Source of the DNA: Candidatus Gottesmanbacteria bacterium
Lineage (GTDB): Bacteria > Patescibacteriota > Microgenomatia > UBA10105 > UBA927
Length of the DNA stretch: 64,000 bases
Direction of reading: 5' to 3'
NCBI GenBank assembly: GCA_023245335.1
Contig: JAHFKK010000001.1
Coordinates: 619,282 to 683,281, forward strand
Program-made: the position numbers and the translations under genes
In this document: positions 1 through 10,543 of the stretch, piece after piece
Layout of the letters: each line of letters begins with the position of its first letter
How positions within the stretch are numbered: position 1 is the first letter of the stretch
The notes under the pieces: model-generated
Told to the model about the DNA's origin: nothing
Seen by the model: the letters and a program-made list of their open reading frames with translations, nothing else
The model's database searches: none

Positions 1-105
1 TTGGTCCGGGGCAGTCCGTCATCGTTATCAAATTTACGGATACGCCGATCCGCACGATCGGGAATCTTGCATCTGTCGCGACACTCGTCTTTATCATACT
101 GACCT

Positions 106-852
106 ATGGCAAAAAAAGAAAAACCAACCGTTAATATCGTCCTGCCGGTGTATAACGAAGAACAGGAGCTCGCGCAAAGCACGGTAGCGCTTGTGGGATT
201 TTTGCGGAAGCACCTCACCGACTTTGTGTGGCGCGTGACTATAGCTGATAACGCATCGACGGATAAGACGCTTATGGTAGCCAAACGTCTTGCGGCAAAG
301 GATTCACGCGTAACGTTCGTTCATCTTCTTCAGAAAGGGAGGGGACGCGCGGTCAAATACGTGTGGATGGGGGGCGATGATGATTATATGGCGTATATGG
401 ATATTGATTTATCGACGGATTTGAAACATCTCCCCCCGCTTCTTCATGCGCTGGAGCGCGGTTTTGATATCGCGATAGGCAGTCGAAATGTACGGGGAGC
501 TCGGGTGTACGGCCGGGGATTACTTCGAAACATTACGTCAAAAGGATATATCACGCTCATCAAATTATTTTTCTGGGTGCATTTTACGGATGCTCAATGC
601 GGATTTAAGGCAGTGACGCGTCGCGTCGTACAAGAGTTGCTCCCTGATATCAAAGACAACGTATGGTTTTTTGACTCCGAGCTTCTCATCGTCGGAGAGA
701 AACGCGGGTGGAGAATTTATGAAGAACCGGTTACATGGGTAGATAACCCCGGTTCGACGGTGAGAGTTATGAGGACCGCTATCGGAGATCTCAAGGGGCT
801 ATGGAAGCTCTGGATGACTCGTCCATGGAAGGGATATCATGCAAGACATTGA
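106..852 (+). CDS. GT2 glycosyltransferase, DPM1/GtrB/ArnC-like polyprenyl-phosphate sugar synthase
   Basis: 248 aa ORF. The N-terminus 'VNIVLPVYNEE' and the 'DNASTDKT' and 'DID' motifs are typical of GT-A fold family 2 dolichyl/undecaprenyl-phosphate glycosyltransferases. Confidence 0.8.
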   Translation: MAKKEKPTVNIVLPVYNEEQELAQSTVALVGFLRKHLTDFVWRVTIADNASTDKTLMVAKRLAAKDSRVTFVHLLQKGRGRAVKYVWMGGDDDYMAYMDIDLSTDLKHLPPLLHALERGFDIAIGSRNVRGARVYGRGLLRNITSKGYITLIKLFFWVHFTDAQCGFKAVTRRVVQELLPDIKDNVWFFDSELLIVGEKRGWRIYEEPVTWVDNPGSTVRVMRTAIGDLKGLWKLWMTRPWKGYHARH

Positions 853-2287
853 TATAGCAACACTAAAAAAGCGGTCGATCGTGGGTATCGTCGCTCTCAC
901 CACGCGAACCTTTCTCCTGCAGGTTATCGCATTTACCGCGACATTTTTGTTGACGTTACTTCTCACGCCGTCAATTTTCGGCGTCTATTATGTGGTGTCT
1001 GCAGTCATCTCCTTTTTGGGATATTTTTCTGATATCGGTCTTGCCGCAGCATTGGTTCAAAAAAAAGAGCCGTTGACCGATGAGGATCTCACGACGACAT
1101 TTACGATCCAACAAAGTCTCGTTGTCGTCCTTGTCATTATCTCGTTTGCGGGAAGCGCATGGGTCGCGCAGTTTTATCACCTCAACGACGCGGGATTATG
1201 GTTATTCCGAGCGCTTATCGTATCGTTTTTTCTGTCATCTCTCAAAACGATTCCCTCTATTCTTATGGAGCGGGAATTGCAGTTTGATAAGCTCGTGATA
1301 CCGACGATAGCAGAAACATTGGGATTTTATATCGTGACCGTCTATCTGGCGTGGCGGGGATTCGGCATCACAAGCTTTACCTGGGGAGTGCTTGCGCGCG
1401 GCGTCATCGGGCTCGTGAGTATCTATATCATCCGTCCATGGAGGATGTCTCTTGGGTTCTCAAAAGACGTACTGCACCGGTTACTGCGGTTCGGCATTCC
1501 GTTCCAGATGAATTCATTTTTGGCGCTTCTGAAAGACGATCTGTTTACTATCTTTTTGGGCAAGGTGTTGCCGTTTGCTCAAGTCGGCTATATCGGGTGG
1601 GCGAAGAAATGGGCGGAGGTGCCGCTGCGGCTTATCATGGATAGCATTATCCGGGTGACATTCCCGGCTTTTGCCCGCATGCAGCATGACGTGAATCTCC
1701 TTCGGAAAGCAATAGAAAAGACGATTTACGGACTTGCGCTTACGATGTTGCCGATTTCTATGGGTTTGATGTTCTTTGTGGGACCGATGGTGGAGATCAT
1801 TCCGAAGTACGCGAAGTGGAATCCTGCGCTCGTGTCATTTTACTTTTTTGTGGTGGCGGCAGCGATGGCCGGCATGACGACGCCATTAACCAATGCATTA
1901 AATGCGGTCGGAAAAATTAAAACAACGCTCTTTTTTATGGTACTTTGGACCGTCCTGACATGGACTCTTGCCGTAACCGGCATCAAACTTTTTGGGTATA
2001 ACGGATTTGCTATCGCGCTTTGTATCATATCGTTTACGATTGTGTGGGTTCTTCGCGAAGTCAAAAAGATCGTATCGTTTTCGTTTTGGGCACAAATTTG
2101 GAGTGCGGTATTGGGTATCGCCGTACAAGGAGCCTGGTATGCTCTGATTGTTCCGCATCTGCCGAAAAACGTACTTCTTCTAGGCGCGACGGGTTTCACC
2201 GGTGTTATACTTTATGGAGTGACGGTATATGTCGCGGATCGCGCACGCATACAGGGATTCATCATGTCACTAAGGAAACTATCATGA
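839..2287 (+). CDS. Polysaccharide biosynthesis protein / Wzx-like MOP-superfamily flippase
   Basis: 482 aa, hydrophobic throughout with about 12-14 predicted TM helices. It overlaps the upstream GT2 by 14 nt. Confidence 0.65.
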   Translation: MQDIDIATLKKRSIVGIVALTTRTFLLQVIAFTATFLLTLLLTPSIFGVYYVVSAVISFLGYFSDIGLAAALVQKKEPLTDEDLTTTFTIQQSLVVVLVIISFAGSAWVAQFYHLNDAGLWLFRALIVSFFLSSLKTIPSILMERELQFDKLVIPTIAETLGFYIVTVYLAWRGFGITSFTWGVLARGVIGLVSIYIIRPWRMSLGFSKDVLHRLLRFGIPFQMNSFLALLKDDLFTIFLGKVLPFAQVGYIGWAKKWAEVPLRLIMDSIIRVTFPAFARMQHDVNLLRKAIEKTIYGLALTMLPISMGLMFFVGPMVEIIPKYAKWNPALVSFYFFVVAAAMAGMTTPLTNALNAVGKIKTTLFFMVLWTVLTWTLAVTGIKLFGYNGFAIALCIISFTIVWVLREVKKIVSFSFWAQIWSAVLGIAVQGAWYALIVPHLPKNVLLLGATGFTGVILYGVTVYVADRARIQGFIMSLRKLS

Positions 2288-3192
2288 CCATAAGCGTTGT
2301 TATCTCAACCCATAACCGGTCAAAAAGCCTCGCGCAGACGTTGAGTTCGGTGAAGATACTTGCTCAAGAGATTATTGTTGTGGATTCGGGCTCGACAGAC
2401 GATACGGTAAAAGTGGCCAAGAAGTTTACCGCTCAGGTGTATACGAGACCCAACAACCTCATGCTGAATGTGAATAAGAATTTCGGGTTTACGAAGGCAA
2501 CTGGAGACTGGATACTCAATCTTGATGATGATGAGGAAGTGCCTCCAGAGCTCGCAAAAGAAATCCGAGAGAGCCTCCGATACGTGCCGTCCAGTGTCGT
2601 CGGATTTTGGATTCCCCGCAAAAATATTATTTTTGGGCGCTGGATCAAACATGGTCTGTGGTGGCCGGACCGGCAGCTACGGTTATTCCGGCGCGGAGAG
2701 GGAGCATTTCCTGAAAAACACGTGCACGAATACCTCGCAGTGACCGGAATCACCAAAACGTTGGATACGCCATATATCCATCACAACTACGATTCTATAG
2801 CGCAATATCTCGGGAAGATGGAGGAGATTTACACGGAAAGCGAAATTCAAAGATATACACTTGCGAATTATCAGGTTACATGGCATGACGCGATTCGATT
2901 TCCTGCGTCTGATTTCCTGAAAATTTACTTTGCGCAGTCAGGATACAAGGATGGCTTGCACGGGTTAGTTTTGGCACTTCTTCAGTCGTTTTATTCGTTT
3001 ATCATATTCGCGAAGCTTTGGGAGAAGAAACAATTTGCGGAGCAGGAGATTACACTTCGTGATGTCCGGCAGGAATTAACCCGGTCAGGTCGCGAACTCT
3101 CATACTGGGTGACCACAGCCCGGATGCACGATGCCTCAAATCCGCTCAAAAGATTTTGGTATAAACTGCTTCGGCGATATGGAAGATCCTAA
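2284..3192 (+). CDS. GT2 glycosyltransferase (WaaE-like C-terminal region)
   Basis: The ORF-track frame 2020..3192 has an internal Met 'MTISVVISTHNRSKSL' at 2284 directly after the upstream stop. It carries 'VVDSGSTDDT' and 'LDDDE' and a C-terminal 'HGLWWPDRQLRLFRR' motif. Confidence 0.75.
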   Translation: MTISVVISTHNRSKSLAQTLSSVKILAQEIIVVDSGSTDDTVKVAKKFTAQVYTRPNNLMLNVNKNFGFTKATGDWILNLDDDEEVPPELAKEIRESLRYVPSSVVGFWIPRKNIIFGRWIKHGLWWPDRQLRLFRRGEGAFPEKHVHEYLAVTGITKTLDTPYIHHNYDSIAQYLGKMEEIYTESEIQRYTLANYQVTWHDAIRFPASDFLKIYFAQSGYKDGLHGLVLALLQSFYSFIIFAKLWEKKQFAEQEITLRDVRQELTRSGRELSYWVTTARMHDASNPLKRFWYKLLRRYGRS

Positions 3193-3227
3193 CGCGTCAG
3201 TCATAAGATGTCCTCGCGGGGTATGAT

Positions 3228-4145
3228 ATGTCAAAAGTAACCATCGTCATAGTGAATTGGAACGGAATACGCGATACGATACGTTGCCTCGAGTCGATTG
3301 AGCGGATAAAAAAACAGGGAATCGATCTCACGACTGTCGTCGTTGATAACGGATCGACGGACGGTTCCGTCGCGACGCTAAAAAAGAAATTTGCCTGGGT
3401 CGTCATACTCGCATTGCCACGGAATTTGGGTTTCACCGGAGGGAATAATGCCGGTATGAGATACGCGATTTCTCATGGGGGTGATTTTGTGTGGCTCCTC
3501 AATAACGATACATTAGTTCATCCGGATGCGCTTCGGATTACTAAAGCGTTTGAGGATGAGGCTGTCGGGATTGCCGGGTCCAAGATCTACTTTGCCCCGG
3601 GGCACGAATATCACAGAGACCGGTATAAAGAGGCAGATAAGGGGAAGGTATTCTGGTATGCCGGGGGCCTCGTTGACTGGGATAATATGTACGCAAGTCA
3701 TAAAGGAGTAGATGAAGTGGATCATGGCCAATATGACGCGGTAGAAAGAACCCCATTTATCAGCGGTTGTTCCATGATGATACGAAGGGCGGTCATAGAA
3801 TCGATTGGATATCTTGATGAGAAGTTTTATCTGTATCTTGAGGACCTAGATTATTGTCTTCGCGCGAAGAAGCGAGGCTATGAGCTTGTATACTATCCGT
3901 CTTCGGTCATTTGGCACGTGAACGCAGGTTCGTCTGGAGGAGCCGGTAATCCTTTGCATGATTACTACATTACAAGAAACAGATTATTGGTGGGTTGGAG
4001 ATATGCGTCTCTCCGCACAAAACTGGCTCTTGTGCGGGAGGGTGCGAGATTTTTACTTGGTGCAAACGCTGTAAAACGGTGGGCGGTTTGGAACGCTCTG
4101 GTAGGAAAATGGGGAAAGCAATATGAGCCCAAAAAAATTACTTAG
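3228..4145 (+). CDS. GT2 glycosyltransferase (rhamnosyltransferase-like)
   Basis: 305 aa with 'VTIVIVNWNG', 'VVDNGSTDGS' and 'LEDLDYCLRA', which are classic GT2 motifs. Confidence 0.75.
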   Translation: MSKVTIVIVNWNGIRDTIRCLESIERIKKQGIDLTTVVVDNGSTDGSVATLKKKFAWVVILALPRNLGFTGGNNAGMRYAISHGGDFVWLLNNDTLVHPDALRITKAFEDEAVGIAGSKIYFAPGHEYHRDRYKEADKGKVFWYAGGLVDWDNMYASHKGVDEVDHGQYDAVERTPFISGCSMMIRRAVIESIGYLDEKFYLYLEDLDYCLRAKKRGYELVYYPSSVIWHVNAGSSGGAGNPLHDYYITRNRLLVGWRYASLRTKLALVREGARFLLGANAVKRWAVWNALVGKWGKQYEPKKIT

Positions 4146-4890
4146 TGCCATTATTATCGCGAAAAACGAATCATTACGTATCAGCACATGTGTTGATGCG
4201 CTTTCTTTCTGTGACGAGATACTCGTTGCGGATAACGGATCTACGGATGAGACCGCATCGGTCGCCCGTGCACACGGCGGTCTGGTCATTACGTTTCACG
4301 CTCAAGATTTCGCAGAACTCCGAAACGACGCGGCGAAGCGCGTGAAGGGCGACTGGATATTGTATGTCGATGCCGATGAGGTCATCGGAGAAACGCTTGC
4401 TCGCGCCATCCGTCACCTTGTCGATTCGTGGCAGCCCGGCGCACCGACGAGTTACCGTTTGGAACGTATTAATTATTATCTAGGTCAGCGGTGGCCGGGT
4501 AGTGAGCGGATGCTTAGGCTTTTTAAATGTACCGCTTTCAAAGGCTGGGAGGGAGAACTCCATGAAACTGCGCGTACTACAGGGCATGTTGGAGATCTTA
4601 CTGGAGAGTTGAGGCATGACACCCATCGGAATCTTGAGGAAATGGTTGAGAAAACAAATGAATGGTCAGAAACGGAAGCTGAACTTCGTTTAGCCGCTCA
4701 CCATCCGCGCATATCGTGGTGGCGGTTACTGAGGGTGACATTGACCGGATTTTGGAATTCATTTGTCGGTCAGGGAGGGTGGCGCGCAGGGACAGTCGGA
4801 TGGATAGAGAGCATATACCAGGGATTCAGTCTGTTCATCACGTACGCGAAGCTGTGGGAGTTACAGAGTCAAAAAAACAGTAAGTCGTAG
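4123..4890 (+). CDS. GT2 glycosyltransferase (WaaE-like); paralogue of 33865..34638
   Basis: 255 aa with 'LSAIIIAKNES', 'VADNGSTDET' and 'VDADE', plus a C-terminal 'RLFK' segment. It overlaps the upstream gene by 23 nt. Confidence 0.7.
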   Translation: MSPKKLLSAIIIAKNESLRISTCVDALSFCDEILVADNGSTDETASVARAHGGLVITFHAQDFAELRNDAAKRVKGDWILYVDADEVIGETLARAIRHLVDSWQPGAPTSYRLERINYYLGQRWPGSERMLRLFKCTAFKGWEGELHETARTTGHVGDLTGELRHDTHRNLEEMVEKTNEWSETEAELRLAAHHPRISWWRLLRVTLTGFWNSFVGQGGWRAGTVGWIESIYQGFSLFITYAKLWELQSQKNSKS

Positions 4891-4899
4891 AAAATAAGT

Positions 4900-7209
4900 A
4901 TGAAGTATCTAGTGCGGCATTGGGGGGTAGGATTTATTATTGCGGCCTGGCTTCTATTTGCTTCGCCGTATTTTGTGAAAGGTCTGGCCCCGTTTCCGTC
5001 CAAATTTCTAGTGACGTTTTTTGCCCCATGGAGCACTACCTACGCTATGCCGGTAAAAAATGGAGCTATGCCGGACGTCATAACCCAAATATATCCGTGG
5101 AAACGCGTTACTATCGCAAGCTGGAAGTCGGGGCAGGTGCCGTTATGGAATCCGTTTAGCTTTGCCGGCACTGCGCAGGCGGGCAATTACCAGAGCGCGG
5201 TATTTTCTCCGGTTAATGCATTGTTCTTTATATTGCCGGAGATCCCCGCGTGGAGCATCATGATACTTCTGCAACCACTTCTTGCGGGGCTTTTCATGTA
5301 TCTATTCCTTCGTAGTATTTCCCGGTCTCCGGAGGGGAGCGTCATGGGGAGCCTTGCGTTTATGTTTTGCGGATTTATCGTCGTTTGGATGGCATACGGG
5401 ACTTTAGGCTACGCAGCGCTATTCCTGCCACTTGCTTTGTATGCGGTAAACGTCTACGAACAAGGAAAACATCCGTGGGCCGGTCCGCTACTCGCCCTGT
5501 CTATTGGCCTGTCGCTCGTTTCCGGGCACTTCCAAATCAGCCTTTATGTGTTGCTGTTTACGGTGTTATATCTTCTGTTTCGTTCGTTCCAGGCAAAGAA
5601 GGGGATCCGGATTTTTTCCGCAGTATGGTATATAGGTCTGGGATTATTGTTTGCCGCACCCCAGATACTGCCGTCGCTTTCGACATATCTTGCCGCAGTG
5701 CGAAGCAGCATCTTTCAGAAGGGTGAGGTTATACCTTGGCAGTATCTCGTGACGATATTTTCTCCTGATTTTTATGGGAATCCTGTGACGAGAAACGACT
5801 GGTTTGGTCATTATGCAGAATGGGCTATGTTTATCGGTGTTGCACCGCTTATAGCAGTTATCGCTCTGTGGTTTCTTCCGCGAAAAGACAACGCCGTAAA
5901 GTTTTTTAGTCTGACTGCAATTATTCTTTTCCTCTTTGCGTTGCCGACACCGCTCACTGATCTCTTATATGCTGCCCGAATTCCCGTCCTGTCCACGAGT
6001 GCCGCATCGCGCATTATCATTCTTGTAAGTTTCGCATTCGCGGCACTTTCAGCGTACGGAATCGATGCGATACGTACGTCCTGGGAAAAGGACTCGTATA
6101 AACGGATCCTGGGGGCTGTCCTGACAGTCTGCTTTTCCATAGTCGCCGTCTGGGGAGCGCTCAAGTTATTGAAGCCGTTTCCTGCGGAAAAGCTTTCGGT
6201 TGCGATGCATAATACACTCCTGCCCACCTTCATCGCGGTTGTTGCTGTTGCCGCTATTGTGTTGGGGTATTTCGTGCCGAAACGATGGCGCCGGATCTTG
6301 CCGTACGCCCTCATTCTCATAGCGCTTGTCGATCTCCTGCGGTTTGCGGGGAAATGGATGCCGTTTGACCCCAAAGAATATGTGTACCCCAACGTGAACG
6401 TATTGCGGTATGTGTCATCGGTAATAGCCCCAACACACGCACGGGTGAATGGAAACATCGGTAATGAGGTAGCCTCAGCCTTTGGTATACCGGTTTTGGA
6501 AGGCTATGACGCCGTTTATCAGGCGCGGTATGGCAAGTTTATAAGCAGCGCGACCGATGGAAAGATCGCAGTTCTCAATCGCTCCGTCGTACAGCTTGAT
6601 AAACAGGGGAAATACACCGAGGATATACTACGGCTTTTAGGGGTACGGTACCTCATGCATAAAGTAAGTGATGGCAGGAATACATGGGCGTATCCGTTTT
6701 GGAATTTTCCGTCGTATCGTTCGATCTGGAAAGACGCGTCCTATGAAGTTTTTGAAAACGATGCCGCCTACCCCCGCGCATATCTGGCATCGAGCTACAC
6801 TGTGGCGACGCAGGAATTCTCGATTCTTACGAAGTTATTTGCGAAGGATATCGATAGACGGGAGACATTGGTATTGGAAGAAGATCCTGTCATAAAGCCG
6901 GCTACTGGTGCCGGCACGGCTACGATTACGACCTACGAGCCGACACGCGTCGCCGTACGGGTCGTAAGCCAAGCGCCAAAGCTTTTGTTTCTTTCCGATG
7001 TATATGACCCGGGTTGGCATGCGGCAGTTGATGGGAAAGCCGCACCTCTCTATCGGGCGGATTATGATTTTCGTGCCGTATCAGTACCTGCCGGCACGCA
7101 TACGGTAACCATGTGGTATTGGCCGATAGAAGAGACAATTGGGTTCATAGCCGCCGGATTTGCTACACTATGGTGTATAGGAGTATTGTTTAGACGAAAA
7201 CGCATATGA
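4900..7209 (+). CDS. YfhO-family GT-C membrane glycosyltransferase (paralogue 1)
   Basis: 769 aa. The N-terminal half is polytopic and is followed by a large extracytoplasmic domain. The C-terminus 'DPGWHAAVDGKAAPLYRADYDFRAVSVPAGTHTVTMWYWP' and a terminal TM anchor are characteristic of YfhO. Confidence 0.75.
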   Translation: MKYLVRHWGVGFIIAAWLLFASPYFVKGLAPFPSKFLVTFFAPWSTTYAMPVKNGAMPDVITQIYPWKRVTIASWKSGQVPLWNPFSFAGTAQAGNYQSAVFSPVNALFFILPEIPAWSIMILLQPLLAGLFMYLFLRSISRSPEGSVMGSLAFMFCGFIVVWMAYGTLGYAALFLPLALYAVNVYEQGKHPWAGPLLALSIGLSLVSGHFQISLYVLLFTVLYLLFRSFQAKKGIRIFSAVWYIGLGLLFAAPQILPSLSTYLAAVRSSIFQKGEVIPWQYLVTIFSPDFYGNPVTRNDWFGHYAEWAMFIGVAPLIAVIALWFLPRKDNAVKFFSLTAIILFLFALPTPLTDLLYAARIPVLSTSAASRIIILVSFAFAALSAYGIDAIRTSWEKDSYKRILGAVLTVCFSIVAVWGALKLLKPFPAEKLSVAMHNTLLPTFIAVVAVAAIVLGYFVPKRWRRILPYALILIALVDLLRFAGKWMPFDPKEYVYPNVNVLRYVSSVIAPTHARVNGNIGNEVASAFGIPVLEGYDAVYQARYGKFISSATDGKIAVLNRSVVQLDKQGKYTEDILRLLGVRYLMHKVSDGRNTWAYPFWNFPSYRSIWKDASYEVFENDAAYPRAYLASSYTVATQEFSILTKLFAKDIDRRETLVLEEDPVIKPATGAGTATITTYEPTRVAVRVVSQAPKLLFLSDVYDPGWHAAVDGKAAPLYRADYDFRAVSVPAGTHTVTMWYWPIEETIGFIAAGFATLWCIGVLFRRKRI

Positions 7210-8252
7210 AGATCGGCTTATATAATCCATATTATGACGGGTTAGGAGGAGGCGAACGGTATACTCTCACGCTCGCAAGCCATTGGTCACGCGTTCATGA
7301 TGTGTCGCTTTTTTGGGACGACCCGAATATTCTCGCCGTTTCGGAATCAAGGTTCGGTCTTGATCTTTCGCGTGTTCGTGTGACACCGAATGTATTTAAA
7401 AACGGGAATATATTTGAAAAACTCTGGGCCTCACGTAAGTACGACCTCATATTTTTCTTGAGCGACGGAAGCATTCCGATGACGCTCGCCCGGCACAACA
7501 TATTGCATTTCCAGGTGCCGTTTCCGTCTATTCTTACCGACCCGTGGAAAATGGGAAGATATGACGCGGTTATATGTAATTCTCAATTCACCAAAAACGC
7601 CATAGATGCGGAGGTAGGGCTTAAGGCAATGGTCATCTACCCGCCCGTGCCGAGCATAGGGCTACCGAAACAGATTAAGAAAAAGAAACGGATACTTTCC
7701 GTAGGAAGATTCACGAATTATTTTCAGGCAAAGAAGCAGGAAGTGCTCATAGAAGCATTTAAGTCTGTGTATCAGCACAGCACGTTTGCCGATTGGGAGC
7801 TTGTGTTTGCCGGGGGTCTCATGAATTCGGATGAAGAATATTTCGCTAAGCTCAAGACACTTGCCGCCGGTATGCCGATACATTTTCTCCCCAACGTAAC
7901 GAACGATGAATTGACGAAACTGTACCAGACGTCCACGATTTTTTGGCACGCGGCAGGATTCGGAGAAACGAACGCCGTACTTCTCGAGCACTTCGGTATT
8001 GCAACAGTCGAAGCCATGAGCGCGGGTGCGGTTCCTTTGGTTTTTGCAGCGGGCGGACAGCCGGAGATCGTTACCGACGGCGTGAGCGGTGAACTATGGG
8101 CAACGATGAAGGAGCTGGTAGATGGTACTATTTCGCTCGTGACTGACCAGGCAAGACTTTTGAGGCTTCGGAAAGCCGCTATGCTGAGGTCGCAGGCGTT
8201 TAGCATTGAGCGATTCACCCGCGCATTTGACGGACTTATCGCCGGTTGGTAA
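7206..8252 (+). CDS. GT4 (group 1) glycosyltransferase
   Basis: 348 aa with the 'EHFGIATVEAMSAGAVPL' E-x7-E-type GT-B motif. It has an ATGA overlap with the upstream YfhO. Confidence 0.75.
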   Translation: MKIGLYNPYYDGLGGGERYTLTLASHWSRVHDVSLFWDDPNILAVSESRFGLDLSRVRVTPNVFKNGNIFEKLWASRKYDLIFFLSDGSIPMTLARHNILHFQVPFPSILTDPWKMGRYDAVICNSQFTKNAIDAEVGLKAMVIYPPVPSIGLPKQIKKKKRILSVGRFTNYFQAKKQEVLIEAFKSVYQHSTFADWELVFAGGLMNSDEEYFAKLKTLAAGMPIHFLPNVTNDELTKLYQTSTIFWHAAGFGETNAVLLEHFGIATVEAMSAGAVPLVFAAGGQPEIVTDGVSGELWATMKELVDGTISLVTDQARLLRLRKAAMLRSQAFSIERFTRAFDGLIAGW

Positions 8253-8262
8253 TACCACCCAT

Positions 8263-10530
8263 ATGAAGCGAATTGGACTCACCGGATGGCCCCTTCTCCT
8301 CATGACTTTTATACTCGTCACCGTAGTCTTTTTTTATCAGACGTTTTCTAAAGGCTATTTACCTATTCCGACGGACGCGCTTATCGGGTTATATCACCCG
8401 TGGCGGGATGTATATGCGAAGGAGTATCCCAGAGGAGTACCGTTTAAGAATTTTCTTATCACCGATCCCATTCGTCAACAGATACCATGGCGTAAGCTCG
8501 TTATAGATACCTGGAAATCCGGACATACTCCGGGATGGAATCCATATACGTTCGTCGGCGTACCGCTGAACGCAAATATACAGGCAGCACCTTTTTACGC
8601 TCTAAATATACTTTTTTTCTTGTTTACTTTCCCTATAGCATGGACACTCCTTGTCATGGCACAGCCTTTACTCGCCGGACTGTTCCTTTTTTTATACCTT
8701 CGTAATCGACGCTTGAGTCACGTAGCTTCGTTTGTCGGAGGTATAGTGTGGGCGTTTAGCGGATTCTCCGTTGCGTGGATGACGTGGGGCACGATTATGC
8801 AGACGGCTCTTTGGGCGCCTCTCATTCTTCTCTCTTTAGATAATCTTTTGCTTCCGAAAGCGCATAAGCCAGAAAAATCACGGATTATCCTTTGGATGAT
8901 CATTCTGGCCGGAGCGATTGCGATGACAGTCACAGCAGGTCACATTCAAGTAGCCTTATATACAATGACGCTTGCAGCCTTTTATGTCTTCTGGAGTGTG
9001 AAGTCGGAAGGTCGTACTATGGGTGCGCGATGGGTGATTGTTGCTGTCGGAGGAGCCATACTTCTTACTGCGGTACAGTGGATTCCACTCCTGCAATTTT
9101 TGCCGCAAACCGGGAGAGCGGGAGCGGCTGATGCCTGGAAGGTAGCAGGCTGGTTCCTGCCGTGGCAGAACCTTGTTCAATTTGTGGCGCCTGACTTTTT
9201 CGGCAATCCGGCGACGTTAAACTACTGGGGTGTGTGGAACTACGGTGAATTTATAGGCTATATAGGTATCTTGCCGTTGGTTTTTGCTCTTTCTGCGGTG
9301 TTTCTTTCCGGGATACCCATATTTTTTTCCGTCGTCCTATGCGTGAGTTTCTTGTTTATGACTCCAAATCCCGTTTCCGGCATTCCGTTTGTGTTGCATA
9401 TACCATTTCTCTCGATATTGCAGCCGACGCGGCTCATGGCAGTCGTTGACCTGAGTCTCGCGGTACTTGCCGCATACGGACTGGAAGCGATGACAAAACA
9501 CAAAAGTCGCGCGTACGGCGCCTTTGCCGTTGTTGGTTTAGTCATTCTCGGATCGTGGGGAGTCGTTTTGGCAGGAAAATTTATCTCGCACGATCCGACG
9601 GTGTCGGGTAATTTACTCATCACCAGGCACAACCTTGTTTTGCCGACGCTTATATTTGCCGTGGGTCTCCTTTGGTATGCCATTCGGAACTATAGGAACG
9701 TCGTACGATGGCGATTGGCTGGAGAAGTGGCGCTTATCCTGATTGTCATTTTTGATCTTTTTCGTTTCGGATGGAAGTTTACGCCGTTTACTCCGCAAGC
9801 GTATTTTTTCCCGACGACACAAACGATTCAGTATCTACAGCACATACCCAAGCCGTTTCGGGTGATGAGTCTGGATGACCGTATCCTTCCTCCGAACGCC
9901 GGGAGCTATTATGGCATCGAGACCATAGAAGGGTACGATCCAATTGCGCCCAGACTCTACGAAGATTTTCTCGTGGCCTCCGAGCGTGGGAAAGCAGACA
10001 CGAGTCGTCCGACAGGCTTTAACCGGATATATACGGCCCACAACATAGACTCGCCGTTATTACCGTATCTTAACGTCCGTTATGTATTGTCGCTTACCGA
10101 CGTATCAAGGCCTTTTCTTACCAAAGTATATGAGGAAGGAGAGGTCAGAGTCTACGAGTATAAAAAAGCGTTGCCGCGTATATATCTTGCAGAAAGTCTT
10201 ATGCCGAGGAAGAATTCGCAAGACGTGCTACAAACGCTTTTTACCGCATCACCGGGAGCGGTAGGGGTATATGATCCGCTTGTGCCGATCCAGTCACTCC
10301 CGCTTGCCGCAGAGGAAGGCGCGAGGATCACATCCTATCAACCAAACGAAATTCATGTGCGCGTGACGGCGGCGTATCCGAGAGTGTTGATTCTTCTCAA
10401 TGAGTTCGACGCGCATTGGGCTGCAACGATTGATAATGGCGGACCGTTTACCGTGTTTCCGGTGAATTACCTGTTTATGGGCGTGAACATTCCCATGGGT
10501 TCTCATACGGTCGTTTTCACGTACCGATAA
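8263..10530 (+). CDS. YfhO-family GT-C membrane glycosyltransferase (paralogue 2)
   Basis: The track ORF starts at 8206. The Met at 8263 ('MKRIGLTGWPLLL') follows the upstream stop and matches the N-terminal layout of the other YfhO paralogues. The C-terminus 'NEFDAHWAATIDNG...GSHTVVFTY' is the YfhO C-terminal module. Confidence 0.72.
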   Translation: MKRIGLTGWPLLLMTFILVTVVFFYQTFSKGYLPIPTDALIGLYHPWRDVYAKEYPRGVPFKNFLITDPIRQQIPWRKLVIDTWKSGHTPGWNPYTFVGVPLNANIQAAPFYALNILFFLFTFPIAWTLLVMAQPLLAGLFLFLYLRNRRLSHVASFVGGIVWAFSGFSVAWMTWGTIMQTALWAPLILLSLDNLLLPKAHKPEKSRIILWMIILAGAIAMTVTAGHIQVALYTMTLAAFYVFWSVKSEGRTMGARWVIVAVGGAILLTAVQWIPLLQFLPQTGRAGAADAWKVAGWFLPWQNLVQFVAPDFFGNPATLNYWGVWNYGEFIGYIGILPLVFALSAVFLSGIPIFFSVVLCVSFLFMTPNPVSGIPFVLHIPFLSILQPTRLMAVVDLSLAVLAAYGLEAMTKHKSRAYGAFAVVGLVILGSWGVVLAGKFISHDPTVSGNLLITRHNLVLPTLIFAVGLLWYAIRNYRNVVRWRLAGEVALILIVIFDLFRFGWKFTPFTPQAYFFPTTQTIQYLQHIPKPFRVMSLDDRILPPNAGSYYGIETIEGYDPIAPRLYEDFLVASERGKADTSRPTGFNRIYTAHNIDSPLLPYLNVRYVLSLTDVSRPFLTKVYEEGEVRVYEYKKALPRIYLAESLMPRKNSQDVLQTLFTASPGAVGVYDPLVPIQSLPLAAEEGARITSYQPNEIHVRVTAAYPRVLILLNEFDAHWAATIDNGGPFTVFPVNYLFMGVNIPMGSHTVVFTYR

Positions 10531-10543
10531 GGAATGAGATACG

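Noticed and set aside
5811-6458. 215 aa antisense ORF inside YfhO paralogue 1
   Set aside because: It is wholly contained in a strongly supported membrane-protein gene on the opposite strand. It has no motif and has the Arg/Ser-rich composition typical of spurious antisense frames in GC-rich coding DNA.
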